IMG/VR virus record: IMGVR_UViG_3300032249_000138
Coordinates: 1 to 58,378 of that record
Source: a virus
Lineage: Duplodnaviria > Caudoviricetes
Direction: 5' to 3' (one strand)
Length of the DNA stretch: 58,378 nucleotides
A program made the translations under genes and the position numbers. Below are positions 20,055 to 29,507 of the stretch, piece by piece. The notes below the pieces were generated by a model. It did not search any database, was not told the DNA's origin, and was given only the letters and a program-made list of their open reading frames with translations. Every line of letters starts with the position of its first letter. Positions within the stretch are counted from its first letter, which is position 1.

Positions 20055-22166
20055 TTATTGCATTCCGGGTGGAGGGGCAGCTGGAGGTGTACCCTGTGGT
20101 GTTATGTTACCACTAAAGCCTTGCTCTCCGGGTACTGGTGCTGCACCCACTCCGATATTGCCCCCGCCACCACCTGTCATATCCTGAACACCGGGTACTC
20201 CGGGTACTCCACCTGCTGGTGCTGGAGGTGCAGGAGGTTGATTCTGTTGCAATAGAACCATCTGACGTGTAGCCTCATCTATGTTGTTGGTTACTTTGTC
20301 TGGATCTAAATCCATTGACTTGGCAATCTCACGAATGATGTAAGGGAACTTGGCATAAGGGGCAAGAGCAGGATTACTTGCTACTTGCAAGAACTGCATT
20401 AGTCGTTGACTACGCACTTCATTTGCCATGAGGCTTTCTGTACCACGAGCTTTAACTTCTAAGTCACCCTTGATTTCTGCATCAAAGTCAAACTGCATAT
20501 TGAAACTAAAGAATGCCTCACCTAATGGGCGTAACAAGTAGTCATCTAAGTTCTTGATAACAGTCTTAACACTACCCGAAGCAGCATTCATCAACATGCT
20601 AATACCACTAGCAGTACGACCTACTCCTGATACACCCGTCTGTCCATGTGAGAACGAAGGTAAGCCTGTAGACTCATCTGCTAAGATACGAGCTTTATCA
20701 AATAGTTGCAGGTTCTCATTGGATACGTTAGGGAACTTGGTACCAAAGATAGCTTGACCGGGAGCACCACCCTGTCTACGGAATACTTTACCGGGATAGA
20801 CTGACAGATCTTGACCGGGAGTCAAGTTAGTCTCATCGACCTCGAATACAAGGTTGCCAGATAGGACAGCATTATCTACCGCCATACGCATAAACCCGTT
20901 CATTAAAGTTTGTGTATCGTCCATGTTTTCTGCGATACCGATGCCAAATAGCGAGTATGGGTTTAATTCGTAGGGGACAGCGTAATACGGAATCCTAGCT
21001 GGCTTGAAAGGATTTAATACCATGCGAAGAATACGACCATTACAGTACCAGATGTTGGCTTGTAATTCATCGGCATTCTCTAACTCTTTAGGAATCGTAA
21101 CTTCATTCTCTTCTAACAGTTCACGCTCAACTGCACCCCAGAACTCGAGGACTTCAAAGCGATCAATGCCTTGGTCAGTACGATAATCCATCAAGTCATC
21201 TTCCCAATACTTCTTGGTATACGACTCACCTTGTGCAACTACATCATCAATAACTTTCTTGCGGAAGAAGGGACGCTTCTTAAGAGCACGTATCTGAGTA
21301 CGGCTCATCTTGTGACGCTCAATAATGTACTGTGCTTCATCCATGTTAATTGCATCTGGATCAGCATAGAAGTTCCATACGCTAACATGGGAGGTGGAAG
21401 GTACAGTCTTAATCAGTGGACTGTACTCACCTTCATTTGACCAGTTAGGATACTCTTTATCAATAGCAAAAGGACCCTTCATAATGCCTGTACCAAAGAG
21501 TGCCATCTCAAAAGCTGTGGATCTTAACTGCTTACTTGCATTGGATTCATCTAGCTGATCATGAATCTTCTTCTCCATCTTCTTAGCAGCTACCATCGCT
21601 GGGCTAAAGGTGGCAGATCCGGGTGTTACACCGGGACCTTCGTTTAGATTCTGAATACCAGAGAGTTCATCGGCTAGAGGACCTAGACGTTCTTGGAGTG
21701 TAGCAAAGGTAGCACCGGGAGGTAAGTCATTACCGTCACCCTTGTAACCATAGGGAGAAAAATCAGGAATAGCATCTCGTAACTTAGCTTCATTCGGATC
21801 AAAGCTAACCTCTGCTGCTACACCATCGGGTAATACGGTTGGGTCTACGCTGATGGGGAAACTGTTGTTTGAAAACAATACATCAACGATTTGACCGTAG
21901 GCGGCTAGAGTCTTAGTCTTAGTAACTTTGATAAAGACACGGCTCTTCTCAGTTTCAGTGAACTGAACGTCAGGACCATAGATACCTCGATAGTTACGAT
22001 AGGCACGTAGCCATCTCTCTTCGTCTATCCTGCGGGTTGTCTCTGCCTTGGTGTATTTTTCCATAAGCAACTGGACAATAGGACCAGTTACTTTATCTTC
22101 TGCATTGATGTTATCGACATCTCCTAAATTAATGGAGTCTGTTTCAATAAAATTTTTATCTATCAT
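20055..22166 (-). CDS. Portal protein
   Basis: 703 aa directly after TerL, with WLRAYRNYRG, KSRVFIKVTKTK and GRTASGISMLM motifs. Confidence 0.88.
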   Translation of the reverse strand: MIDKNFIETDSINLGDVDNINAEDKVTGPIVQLLMEKYTKAETTRRIDEERWLRAYRNYRGIYGPDVQFTETEKSRVFIKVTKTKTLAAYGQIVDVLFSNNSFPISVDPTVLPDGVAAEVSFDPNEAKLRDAIPDFSPYGYKGDGNDLPPGATFATLQERLGPLADELSGIQNLNEGPGVTPGSATFSPAMVAAKKMEKKIHDQLDESNASKQLRSTAFEMALFGTGIMKGPFAIDKEYPNWSNEGEYSPLIKTVPSTSHVSVWNFYADPDAINMDEAQYIIERHKMSRTQIRALKKRPFFRKKVIDDVVAQGESYTKKYWEDDLMDYRTDQGIDRFEVLEFWGAVERELLEENEVTIPKELENADELQANIWYCNGRILRMVLNPFKPARIPYYAVPYELNPYSLFGIGIAENMDDTQTLMNGFMRMAVDNAVLSGNLVFEVDETNLTPGQDLSVYPGKVFRRQGGAPGQAIFGTKFPNVSNENLQLFDKARILADESTGLPSFSHGQTGVSGVGRTASGISMLMNAASGSVKTVIKNLDDYLLRPLGEAFFSFNMQFDFDAEIKGDLEVKARGTESLMANEVRSQRLMQFLQVASNPALAPYAKFPYIIREIAKSMDLDPDKVTNNIDEATRQMVLLQQNQPPAPPAPAGGVPGVPGVQDMTGGGGGNIGVGAAPVPGEQGFSGNITPQGTPPAAPPPGMQ

Positions 22167-22175
22167 TCGTTACCT

Positions 22176-23771
22176 TTAGTATCCGAAAACATTGTCTGCA
22201 ATTGCAGGACCACTACGTTGGCTCAAGGGATTATAATCGAATAGACTACTTCTAGGTCTACTCATTACTCCGTATCGCAGAGAATCGTATAAGTGATCCT
22301 CTGACTTAGTATCTATATCCTCTGGGTTATTTTTATCCAAAGGTAAGATGGGCAATTGTGCAATCAGGTTTGTGCAGTTACTAGTTATAACAAGTCTTGG
22401 CTCTTCTGTAAAGGGGTCAACCTGTAATCTTCGATGTATTTCATTCTTTCCTGCAATACGGCTACCTGCACTTCTATCTGCTGGTCTCCATCTGCAGCCA
22501 GCTTGAATCATCTGCTCTGCTAATGAGGGACCCGTGTCTCCACGCTTGTGCCAACAGGAACTATCCAGTACACCATAGCGAATAGTACCGTCATTCTTCT
22601 CTGCTTCTAGTACCATACCCGCTAAATCCTTGGCTAATACCTTACTTACGTACAGTTCACGGTACACAATTAGCTGTTCACTGGGGCTAACTGCAAACCA
22701 AACAACAGCTGAATACGACCCATAACCGTAGTCACAAGCCCTGAATCTAGCCCAATCTCGGGGTATTTCAATAGGGTCAATGACGTGAATCTGCCTGTTA
22801 AACTCTGAAAATGCAGCACCTTCTGCTACATCCCAGTTACCTTCTAGCAATTGCTTGCGTTGATGCTCTGGTAATGACAGCAACATGGTCTCATAGTCAC
22901 CCTGTTGTGCTAAATATGGGTTATCTATCAGCATAGCTGGGATAAACCTACGCTTAAACAGGGGTTGTCCTGCCTTACTGTGCCCTGCAGGGTACTCTAA
23001 TCGCTTACCTGTCTCCACATCGGTAGCCCAATAGGACTTTCCCGGGGGTGAGGGGTCAATAAACATCTTTTTAACCCATGCATGACCCGGTCCACCGGGG
23101 TTAGTCGTAGCTCTCATGAAGATTGGTAGGTCTGGTGCTGTACTACGCAGACGAGAACGCATGTAATTCCATGCAAATGGGGTAGACCACTGCGTTAACT
23201 CGTCAAACCCTACCCAACTAAACGCTAAACCCTGATATCTGAGTACATCTTCGTCTCTATCGAGGTAAGAGAACCACAATCTAGCACCACTAGGGGCTAC
23301 CCACTGCATCTTTCGCTCTGACCACTTGATACCCGGGTATATCTTCGGGTACATTTCCTGTGATTTCCAGATTAATTCTCGAAGTTCCTCAGTAGTATGA
23401 CGCAACAGAAGACCGCTAAAGGAAGGATGACCCATATATCTGAGAGGGTCAGCAAGCATGGCATAAGATTTACCTCCTCCGGCTGCTCCCCCATACAATA
23501 CTTCCCGCTCTGGTGCTGCTAAGAAGTAGGTCTGGGGTCCATCATTAGGTTTGAAGATAATGTTCTGCCCCTCAATACTAGGAACATGCATCTCTTCACC
23601 ATCAATCTGTGATTCCGTGTTCGAGGTCAACATCTGCGATGATGTCTTTGGCTCGTTTGATTCCTTTGTTACCAATTCTTTTTTCGTACTTCTCCGCTTC
23701 TTCAATGGCTTTTTTGTATTTGGTAGCCCAGCTTCGGAGAGTAGAAGCTTTTGTCTTGTTTCGCTGCTCAT
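22176..23771 (-). CDS. terL: Terminase large subunit (true start may be 23591)
   Basis: Walker A YGGAAGGGKS, Walker B GFDELTQW, TTNPGG, RACDYG nuclease motif and EDHLYDSLRY. Confidence 0.95.
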   Translation of the reverse strand: MSSETRQKLLLSEAGLPNTKKPLKKRRSTKKELVTKESNEPKTSSQMLTSNTESQIDGEEMHVPSIEGQNIIFKPNDGPQTYFLAAPEREVLYGGAAGGGKSYAMLADPLRYMGHPSFSGLLLRHTTEELRELIWKSQEMYPKIYPGIKWSERKMQWVAPSGARLWFSYLDRDEDVLRYQGLAFSWVGFDELTQWSTPFAWNYMRSRLRSTAPDLPIFMRATTNPGGPGHAWVKKMFIDPSPPGKSYWATDVETGKRLEYPAGHSKAGQPLFKRRFIPAMLIDNPYLAQQGDYETMLLSLPEHQRKQLLEGNWDVAEGAAFSEFNRQIHVIDPIEIPRDWARFRACDYGYGSYSAVVWFAVSPSEQLIVYRELYVSKVLAKDLAGMVLEAEKNDGTIRYGVLDSSCWHKRGDTGPSLAEQMIQAGCRWRPADRSAGSRIAGKNEIHRRLQVDPFTEEPRLVITSNCTNLIAQLPILPLDKNNPEDIDTKSEDHLYDSLRYGVMSRPRSSLFDYNPLSQRSGPAIADNVFGY

Positions 23772-24057
23772 GTTTTATTCTTTTCAGTAACCCTGCATGC
23801 GATATCGATCTGCCTGTAATTTTAGTAAGCCAAGCTGCTACATACCGAGACGGGTACTGCTTAAGATACTTCTTAGCTTTCTCTAAAGCCTCAAGTTCAT
23901 GAGGTATAGGATCTAAGACGTGATCATCAGTCTCACAAATCTTATACCCAAATGGAACCTGTATCCTTGCAATACGGGGTATCGGTACGTATTCCCCAGT
24001 CTCTGGTGCATCTAGCGGTTGGGGTAGAATCCACTTGCCAGCCGTAGCACGTACCAT
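23602..24057 (-). CDS. Hypothetical protein upstream of TerL (possible DNA-binding packaging factor)
   Basis: 151 aa with VPFGY motif and a helical basic C-terminus. Confidence 0.7.
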   Translation of the reverse strand: MVRATAGKWILPQPLDAPETGEYVPIPRIARIQVPFGYKICETDDHVLDPIPHELEALEKAKKYLKQYPSRYVAAWLTKITGRSISHAGLLKRIKHEQRNKTKASTLRSWATKYKKAIEEAEKYEKRIGNKGIKRAKDIIADVDLEHGITD

Positions 24058-24059
24058 AC

Positions 24060-24437
24060 TTACTCGTCTTCTTCGTTATCTCGTTCTTTAGGTGGAAGAA
24101 TCATTAGACCATTCGTAGCTTCAACCTGTAACTTCTCAGTCTTGACTAAACCAACACGGTCTAAGAGATCCTTAGCTGCATTGATTTTATCACGTAATCC
24201 TAGTTCTGTGGGATCAACCATACCAGATACAATCGACATGGCTGCACGAGGAGCATTACGTGCCATGTACAACTGGGTACGCTCCATGATCTCTTCCTTG
24301 ATACCTTTAACTAAATCAGTAGTAGAGTACTCACGGGAATATCCAGCTAGTTCTTTAGCACGAATAGGATCTCCACCTGCTTCTTCAAACAGGACTTCTA
24401 GAAACTTAGCTTGCTTTTCAGTTAACTCTTTTGCCAT
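24060..24437 (-). CDS. Putative terminase small subunit
   Basis: LTEKQAKFL..AKELAGYS HTH-like N-terminus and AAKDLLDRVG motif. Located upstream of TerL. Confidence 0.6.
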   Translation of the reverse strand: MAKELTEKQAKFLEVLFEEAGGDPIRAKELAGYSREYSTTDLVKGIKEEIMERTQLYMARNAPRAAMSIVSGMVDPTELGLRDKINAAKDLLDRVGLVKTEKLQVEATNGLMILPPKERDNEEDE

Positions 24438-24685
24438 TATGTTTTCCTAAATGGTTTTACTTTCTTGGCTATTGCTTTTGGCTGGGCTACAAACTGTTTT
24501 CCAGCTTTAGTGCCCTCACGTTTAGCCTTAGATGTAGCTGCATATTCTGCAGAGCTTAACGACTTAATTGCTTTCTCAGGTAAGTAACGCTCTCCAGTCT
24601 CAGAAGACTTCTTACCAGATTTAGTAGTCCACTTCTGTTTACCCCAAGCCTTTAAGGACTCTTGTGGTTTCTTTAGTGCACTCAC
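24437..24685 (-). CDS. Small basic protein
   Basis: K-rich 82 aa with WGKQKWTTKSG..GERYLP motif. Confidence 0.7.
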   Translation of the reverse strand: MSALKKPQESLKAWGKQKWTTKSGKKSSETGERYLPEKAIKSLSSAEYAATSKAKREGTKAGKQFVAQPKAIAKKVKPFRKT

Positions 24686-24867
24686 TTATATCCTCCACCT
24701 GCAGCTTTATACTTCTTAGCTACTAGCTGTGCTTTTCTAGCAGACCATTCTCCAGCCCCAGTTCCCTGTGTCGCTGCAGACTTTACCTGCGATACAATCT
24801 TCTTACGTAACTCCGGCTTTGTGTAGTTACCTGCAGCATTAACAGTTGATTTCTTTTTAGTTGCCAT
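24682..24867 (-). CDS. Small basic protein
   Basis: NYTKPELRK..GEWSARKAQLVAKKYKAAGGGY. Confidence 0.7.
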   Translation of the reverse strand: MATKKKSTVNAAGNYTKPELRKKIVSQVKSAATQGTGAGEWSARKAQLVAKKYKAAGGGYK

Positions 24868-24876
24868 TAGTCTTCC

Positions 24877-25212
24877 TTAAACTGCAGTTGCAAATTCTTC
24901 TTGTACCTTAATAGATACCGTGATTGCACTGTTAGATCCTGCTAAACCTCTTATCTTATCCCCTGCCTGCAGCACAAGAGGCTCATCTGAAATTTGCAGA
25001 ATGCTATTTGCATTTACTGAAACAGCTTTCATGATGGCATAGAATGTGCCACTAGCTGAATCATACCAGTCTAGTGAGATAGTGGTAGCTGTGGCAGCTT
25101 CGTTTGAAACAAGAATGCTAAAGATATACCCCGTGTACCTACTAGGTACTGTATATATATCAGCGTTACTAGTAGTTAAAAGTTTACCGAGGGTTCTATT
25201 CTTGGATATCAT
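24877..25212 (-). CDS. Small beta-sandwich virion-type protein
   Basis: DIYTVP..ILVSN..LVLQAGDKIR. Start set to ATG 25212. Confidence 0.65.
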   Translation of the reverse strand: MISKNRTLGKLLTTSNADIYTVPSRYTGYIFSILVSNEAATATTISLDWYDSASGTFYAIMKAVSVNANSILQISDEPLVLQAGDKIRGLAGSNSAITVSIKVQEEFATAV

Positions 25213-25324
25213 AAGTCTCAACTAGTGTTTGAGTTGATGTAACAACGCCTGTTGCCTCATCTAAAAAAGATTCACAAAGCCACAAGCCTTGTTCGTCACG
25301 GTAGTATACTTCGCCCGTTTTCAT
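25196..25324 (-). CDS. Possible 42-aa partner protein (not in ORF track)
   Basis: MKTGEVYYRDEQGLWLCESF.... Its ATG overlaps the upstream TGA and it fills the intergenic gap. Confidence 0.45.
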   Translation of the reverse strand: MKTGEVYYRDEQGLWLCESFLDEATGVVTSTQTLVETYDIQE

Positions 25325-27657
25325 TTGCCAACCCCTTTAACCATGACATAGCCAAGGGTTGCGCCAGAACCAGCTGTCTTAACAAGCAGTCTAGAAAAAC
25401 GAGCTTGAGCGTTGCTTACTTGAAGAATGCTTGTTGTACTTGCTGCAGTCGTAATGTCTGCGCCTAGTTGTACAAAGTTTGTATTGTCAACAGATACTTG
25501 CAAAGCAAAAACAGGCGCAGTAGTGGTAATAGCACCCATATTAACCATTACAACTAAGTCCGCACAACCCTCTGTAAAGAAAACTGCGCTGGTGCTGTTT
25601 AATGTGTTTGGCACAACTGTTCGGTCAAAGAATTGCCGTTGTACTGGGTTGGACGTATGCGACTGAATACGGTTAATTGAACTAGTAAAGCTTGGACTTG
25701 TTCCACCAATGGTACGTATGTATCTAACCCTGTTTCCAGTTAAAGGGATCAAAGGAGTGCGATACTGTCCTGCAGCTGTAATCCTAGGTAATTGATATAC
25801 ATCATAAAAGTTTGTGCCCGAGTCATCTGATTCTTGAACTGTAAAGTCTAGCGTTGGGTTTGTGCCAGATACCGCAGTAACAATAATATTAAATTCCTGA
25901 GATAAAGAACTTGCAGCGGGTGTAATCGTTGCAGATGTTGACGTACTTGTAAGTGCTCCAGAAGAAATATCGTTAACAATTAAGTTAGCCGCAAGAGATG
26001 CTGTAGATACGGTAGTTACAGTAGATACAGAAGTACTACCACCGTTAGGAATAACAGGAATTGCACTAAAGCTATCGCTCTTATTTAATACTTCAACTTT
26101 TTCACGCAGGTACTCAAACAAACGAATATACGAAATACGAGCATCTGTACGTTTAATTAAAGCACCCCCGCAAGCAGTTGATCCGAATGCAGCAGGAAGC
26201 ACTGTTGTACTAATTGGTTCTAATATTGCTGTAGTTGTTACTACGCTGACTACTTTGTAAACACCGTCAACGCCTAAATCTGCGCCAGTAGAGTTATCTC
26301 GACATCCATAGACGTTTGCATAATCACCAACAACTACAGCAATGGTACCTGATGATGTTAGTGTTAATTGTGTGCTGGTTACTGTTGCTGTTTGTAAGGC
26401 TGCACCTGATCCAGCACCAGCAAAACCAGTTGGTAAATTTCCACCATTAGCTCTTGCAACTAATCCACCGTAGCTAGTTGTTGTTGCTGATGTTCCACCA
26501 TATATAAGAGTAAAGGTAGTCGATGTTGGGGTTGATGCGACAGCTACAGCTGTTGTAATAGGTATAAAATCAGTACCGTTTCTAATGCCAGTGATGTAAA
26601 CAAAATCACCAGTGGTTAAACCATGAGCCGTGGCAGTAGTTATTGTTGCGGTAGTTGATCCTGCTTTAGACGCAGAAACAATTTTAGCGGTTGGTACAGT
26701 TAATGCTTTGTCGTTAGTAAAACGGAAACGGATTTTATAGTTTTCTGTTATTTTTGGTATAACTTGCGTTACGTTTCTACGGGCTGTAGGTTGACCAGTA
26801 GAATCAATACCAATATCATAATATTGAACTCTGTCAACTTGTAATAAAGACCTATATTCATTAGTTGGTACAAACGCATAACTGTAGTTAGCTGCAACAG
26901 CTTGAACAGACGCAGTTGAACCAATTGTTACTGAATGGTTTCCTGCAAAGGTACCTGATGGATATACATCTCCAGAGTCTGATCGCACATACATAGATGC
27001 GTTAGTCGCTGTTGCGTTTTCAAATATCTGACTGTAGCCGTCTGGTGCGCCACCCATAGCGGAACGAAAATACACAAAACCTTGGCTAGTGTATGGTCCA
27101 ACACTTAAAGAAGTAATTGTTCCCATTGGACCTGCTGTAGCTGTAAATACGGTAGAGCTTGTAATATTAGCCACAACTAAGCATGGGTAGTTTAATCGGC
27201 TATCACTTGTAATTCCAAGGATACCAATACGTGCACCTGCAACTAATCCGTGTGCAGTAGAGGTTGTTACGGTTAGAGTAGTGGTTGCTTGTTGAATACT
27301 TGAAATTGCAATATTTGATGGTAAAGCAATTGGTGTTTCCGAACTTACATACTCAATAGATAGCTCTTGTCCTAGCACTCTCTGAGACATACCTAAACCC
27401 ACAATTGCTTCTAACGGAACGGGAAAGGTAGACTGTGTTTCTATATACGTTTCGGTGTTTGCTGTTAGTGGGTCTTTTGAAATAACCAAATACGATGCAG
27501 ATACGGCATTACCGTCTAGCTGAACAATGTCTCCAGCAGCTTTTGATTCAGTCCACGTTGTTGCTGTGCTGTATGTCTCAAACGATTCACGAAACTGTGT
27601 AGTTACATTTTGTGGTTGAACTGACAAATCATCGTCTGGGAATCGAGAGATTGTCAT
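25321..27657 (-). CDS. Large T/S-rich beta-structured protein, probably a virion surface protein
   Basis: 778 aa with repeated TTxTAHGLxxG modules and a duplicated C-terminal domain. Confidence 0.65.
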   Translation of the reverse strand: MTISRFPDDDLSVQPQNVTTQFRESFETYSTATTWTESKAAGDIVQLDGNAVSASYLVISKDPLTANTETYIETQSTFPVPLEAIVGLGMSQRVLGQELSIEYVSSETPIALPSNIAISSIQQATTTLTVTTSTAHGLVAGARIGILGITSDSRLNYPCLVVANITSSTVFTATAGPMGTITSLSVGPYTSQGFVYFRSAMGGAPDGYSQIFENATATNASMYVRSDSGDVYPSGTFAGNHSVTIGSTASVQAVAANYSYAFVPTNEYRSLLQVDRVQYYDIGIDSTGQPTARRNVTQVIPKITENYKIRFRFTNDKALTVPTAKIVSASKAGSTTATITTATAHGLTTGDFVYITGIRNGTDFIPITTAVAVASTPTSTTFTLIYGGTSATTTSYGGLVARANGGNLPTGFAGAGSGAALQTATVTSTQLTLTSSGTIAVVVGDYANVYGCRDNSTGADLGVDGVYKVVSVVTTTAILEPISTTVLPAAFGSTACGGALIKRTDARISYIRLFEYLREKVEVLNKSDSFSAIPVIPNGGSTSVSTVTTVSTASLAANLIVNDISSGALTSTSTSATITPAASSLSQEFNIIVTAVSGTNPTLDFTVQESDDSGTNFYDVYQLPRITAAGQYRTPLIPLTGNRVRYIRTIGGTSPSFTSSINRIQSHTSNPVQRQFFDRTVVPNTLNSTSAVFFTEGCADLVVMVNMGAITTTAPVFALQVSVDNTNFVQLGADITTAASTTSILQVSNAQARFSRLLVKTAGSGATLGYVMVKGVGK

Positions 27658-27660
27658 CTG

Positions 27661-28095
27661 TTATTTCTTCTTTAGCTTACGTGCTTCAGATAAGGCAATA
27701 GCAATAGCCTGCTTAGGGTTATTGACTACAGGACCACCCTTACCAGAGTGTAATCCTTTGTCTTTGAACTCACCCATAACCTTACCCACTTTAGCTGTTT
27801 GCTTTTTAGTTAAACTTTTGCTCGCTGTCGCTACGCCACCTTCAGCTAACTTAGTAGTTTTTACGGGAGAGAACTTAGTAACACCAGCCTTAGCAGCTTT
27901 GGAACCTGACTTCTTAATCACACTTCCCCCTTTAGCCATGGCAGTTATAGCACCTGTACGCTTACGGCTTATCATACCTTCTACCTCTGCAATACGCTTA
28001 GCAATCCGAGGATCTTGTACAGATCTCCCGGACTGTGCATTACGTAAGGAAACTAATTCAGCCTTAAGTTGATTAATTTCAAGGTCTTCTGCCAT
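27661..28095 (-). CDS. Basic protein with DUF6496-like C-terminus
   Basis: KVGKVMGEFK..LHSGKGGPVV.NPKQAIAIALSEARK, plus MAKGG and LAEGG motifs. Confidence 0.7.
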   Translation of the reverse strand: MAEDLEINQLKAELVSLRNAQSGRSVQDPRIAKRIAEVEGMISRKRTGAITAMAKGGSVIKKSGSKAAKAGVTKFSPVKTTKLAEGGVATASKSLTKKQTAKVGKVMGEFKDKGLHSGKGGPVVNNPKQAIAIALSEARKLKKK

Positions 28096-28415
28096 TACTT
28101 CTTCTTACCCTTAGGTACGCCAATCATGATAGCCAGTATAGGTTTTTTAGAAGCAGAGCCACCTTTAGCCATCTTCTTAGCTAAACACTTACCTGCAGCC
28201 TTACACTTAGCTGGGGAGGGGCAAGCATCACAGGGTTTAAACTTCTTTGCATCTCCACCCTTAGCCATCTTAGTCTTCTCTTCGGTTGGTGTTTCTTTTT
28301 CTTTCTTACGCTTAGAAGCTGCATCCATACGCTCTTGAGCCATACGATTCTGTTCTGGGGTACCTAAGATGTTTTCTTTAAGGCGGGTAATGGGGTTAGT
28401 CGCTTTAGATGCCAT
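28095..28415 (-). CDS. Small basic protein
   Basis: Two MAKGG motifs flanking a CxxCx4Cx5C segment. Confidence 0.7.
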   Translation of the reverse strand: MASKATNPITRLKENILGTPEQNRMAQERMDAASKRKKEKETPTEEKTKMAKGGDAKKFKPCDACPSPAKCKAAGKCLAKKMAKGGSASKKPILAIMIGVPKGKKK

Positions 28416-28417
28416 GA

Positions 28418-28831
28418 TTATTTCTTAGCCTTTTGAGCAGGTTTCATAGAAGCACCACAGTTAGCCATGCCACCCATATTCATTTTCTTAGTAGAGTATC
28501 CACCCTTAGCCATCTTCTTAACTGCACCACCTTTGCTGAATTCTAAAGACTTCTGTAATTCTTTCTTTTCTTTCTCAGTCAAAGGACCCTTCTTACCCGC
28601 TGGCTTCTCTTTACCCATAGCAGAAGCATAAGCCTCTTTATCGGCAGCAGCTTCTTCCTTCTTGGTCAGCTTCTTAGACTTCTCTACATCCTTCTCTTTC
28701 ATGAACTCTTTTTGAGCAGCAATGGTGTCATCATCATAACCGGGGCTACCAGCAGCTTTCTTAGCAGCTTCATCCATCTTCTTGACTTCTGCTTTAGAGA
28801 AAAACTTTGACATACGTGAGGAGAGTGACAT
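28418..28831 (-). CDS. Small K-rich protein
   Basis: FSKGG, MAKGG and MNMGG motifs. AAGGA RBS. Confidence 0.7.
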   Translation of the reverse strand: MSLSSRMSKFFSKAEVKKMDEAAKKAAGSPGYDDDTIAAQKEFMKEKDVEKSKKLTKKEEAAADKEAYASAMGKEKPAGKKGPLTEKEKKELQKSLEFSKGGAVKKMAKGGYSTKKMNMGGMANCGASMKPAQKAKK

Positions 28832-28853
28832 GATTTGATTCCTTTAGTTAAAA

Positions 28854-29210
28854 TTATTTACCGTAAAACTTATTGAGTGGGTGACTACGTGATTTGGTTA
28901 CCATACCACCGTCAGCAAAATATTCTTTATCTTCTGGGTAACCTTCACGAAGATCTTTGTAGGTTGTTTGTCTTTTCTCTGGCTCTCCTGCTTTTCTTTT
29001 TTGTTTATTACTTTCTCTGCGTTTTAACTCATCTTCGGCATATGATGCGTCATCTTTTTTTGAAGCAACTTTTTTTTCTAGCTCAGCTTTTGACATCTTT
29101 CCTAGCTCTACATCTTCTGCAGCAGTCATAAAATCCTCTCGATTGTGCCCCTTAGGATACTTTTTAGCGAGGTTTTTTACAAACTCAGCTGCTTTTTTTG
29201 TTATTGGCAT
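28854..29210 (-). CDS. Small K/E-rich protein
   Basis: C-terminal FADGGMV motif. GGAG RBS. Confidence 0.7.
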   Translation of the reverse strand: MPITKKAAEFVKNLAKKYPKGHNREDFMTAAEDVELGKMSKAELEKKVASKKDDASYAEDELKRRESNKQKRKAGEPEKRQTTYKDLREGYPEDKEYFADGGMVTKSRSHPLNKFYGK

Positions 29211-29237
29211 GTTACTACTCCATAATTAAAATTGATA

Positions 29238-29507
29238 TTACCACTTGACCTTGTCAGCCCAGTACGCAGCTGATAACTTACCCTTTGAAATATTCTTAGC
29301 GTGTCTTGCCTTGAATGACTTTTGTCTAGCCTTATCAGCTGTGGTGCTAGGATTCTTACCTGCTCCAGATACACCCTGCTGACCAAAGCGTATTAGCTTC
29401 TCTGTACTACCTTCTTTCGCTAACACAGCATGTGACTTAGTTGGATGACCGGGAGTCTTCTTTGGCTTATTGTAGCCACTGAACTCTTCTTTACCCTTCT
29501 TAATCAT
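29238..29507 (-). CDS. Small basic conserved phage protein
   Basis: GYNKPKKTP.HPTKSH..LIRFGQQG..SFKARH..SAAYWADKVKW. Confidence 0.75.
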   Translation of the reverse strand: MIKKGKEEFSGYNKPKKTPGHPTKSHAVLAKEGSTEKLIRFGQQGVSGAGKNPSTTADKARQKSFKARHAKNISKGKLSAAYWADKVKW

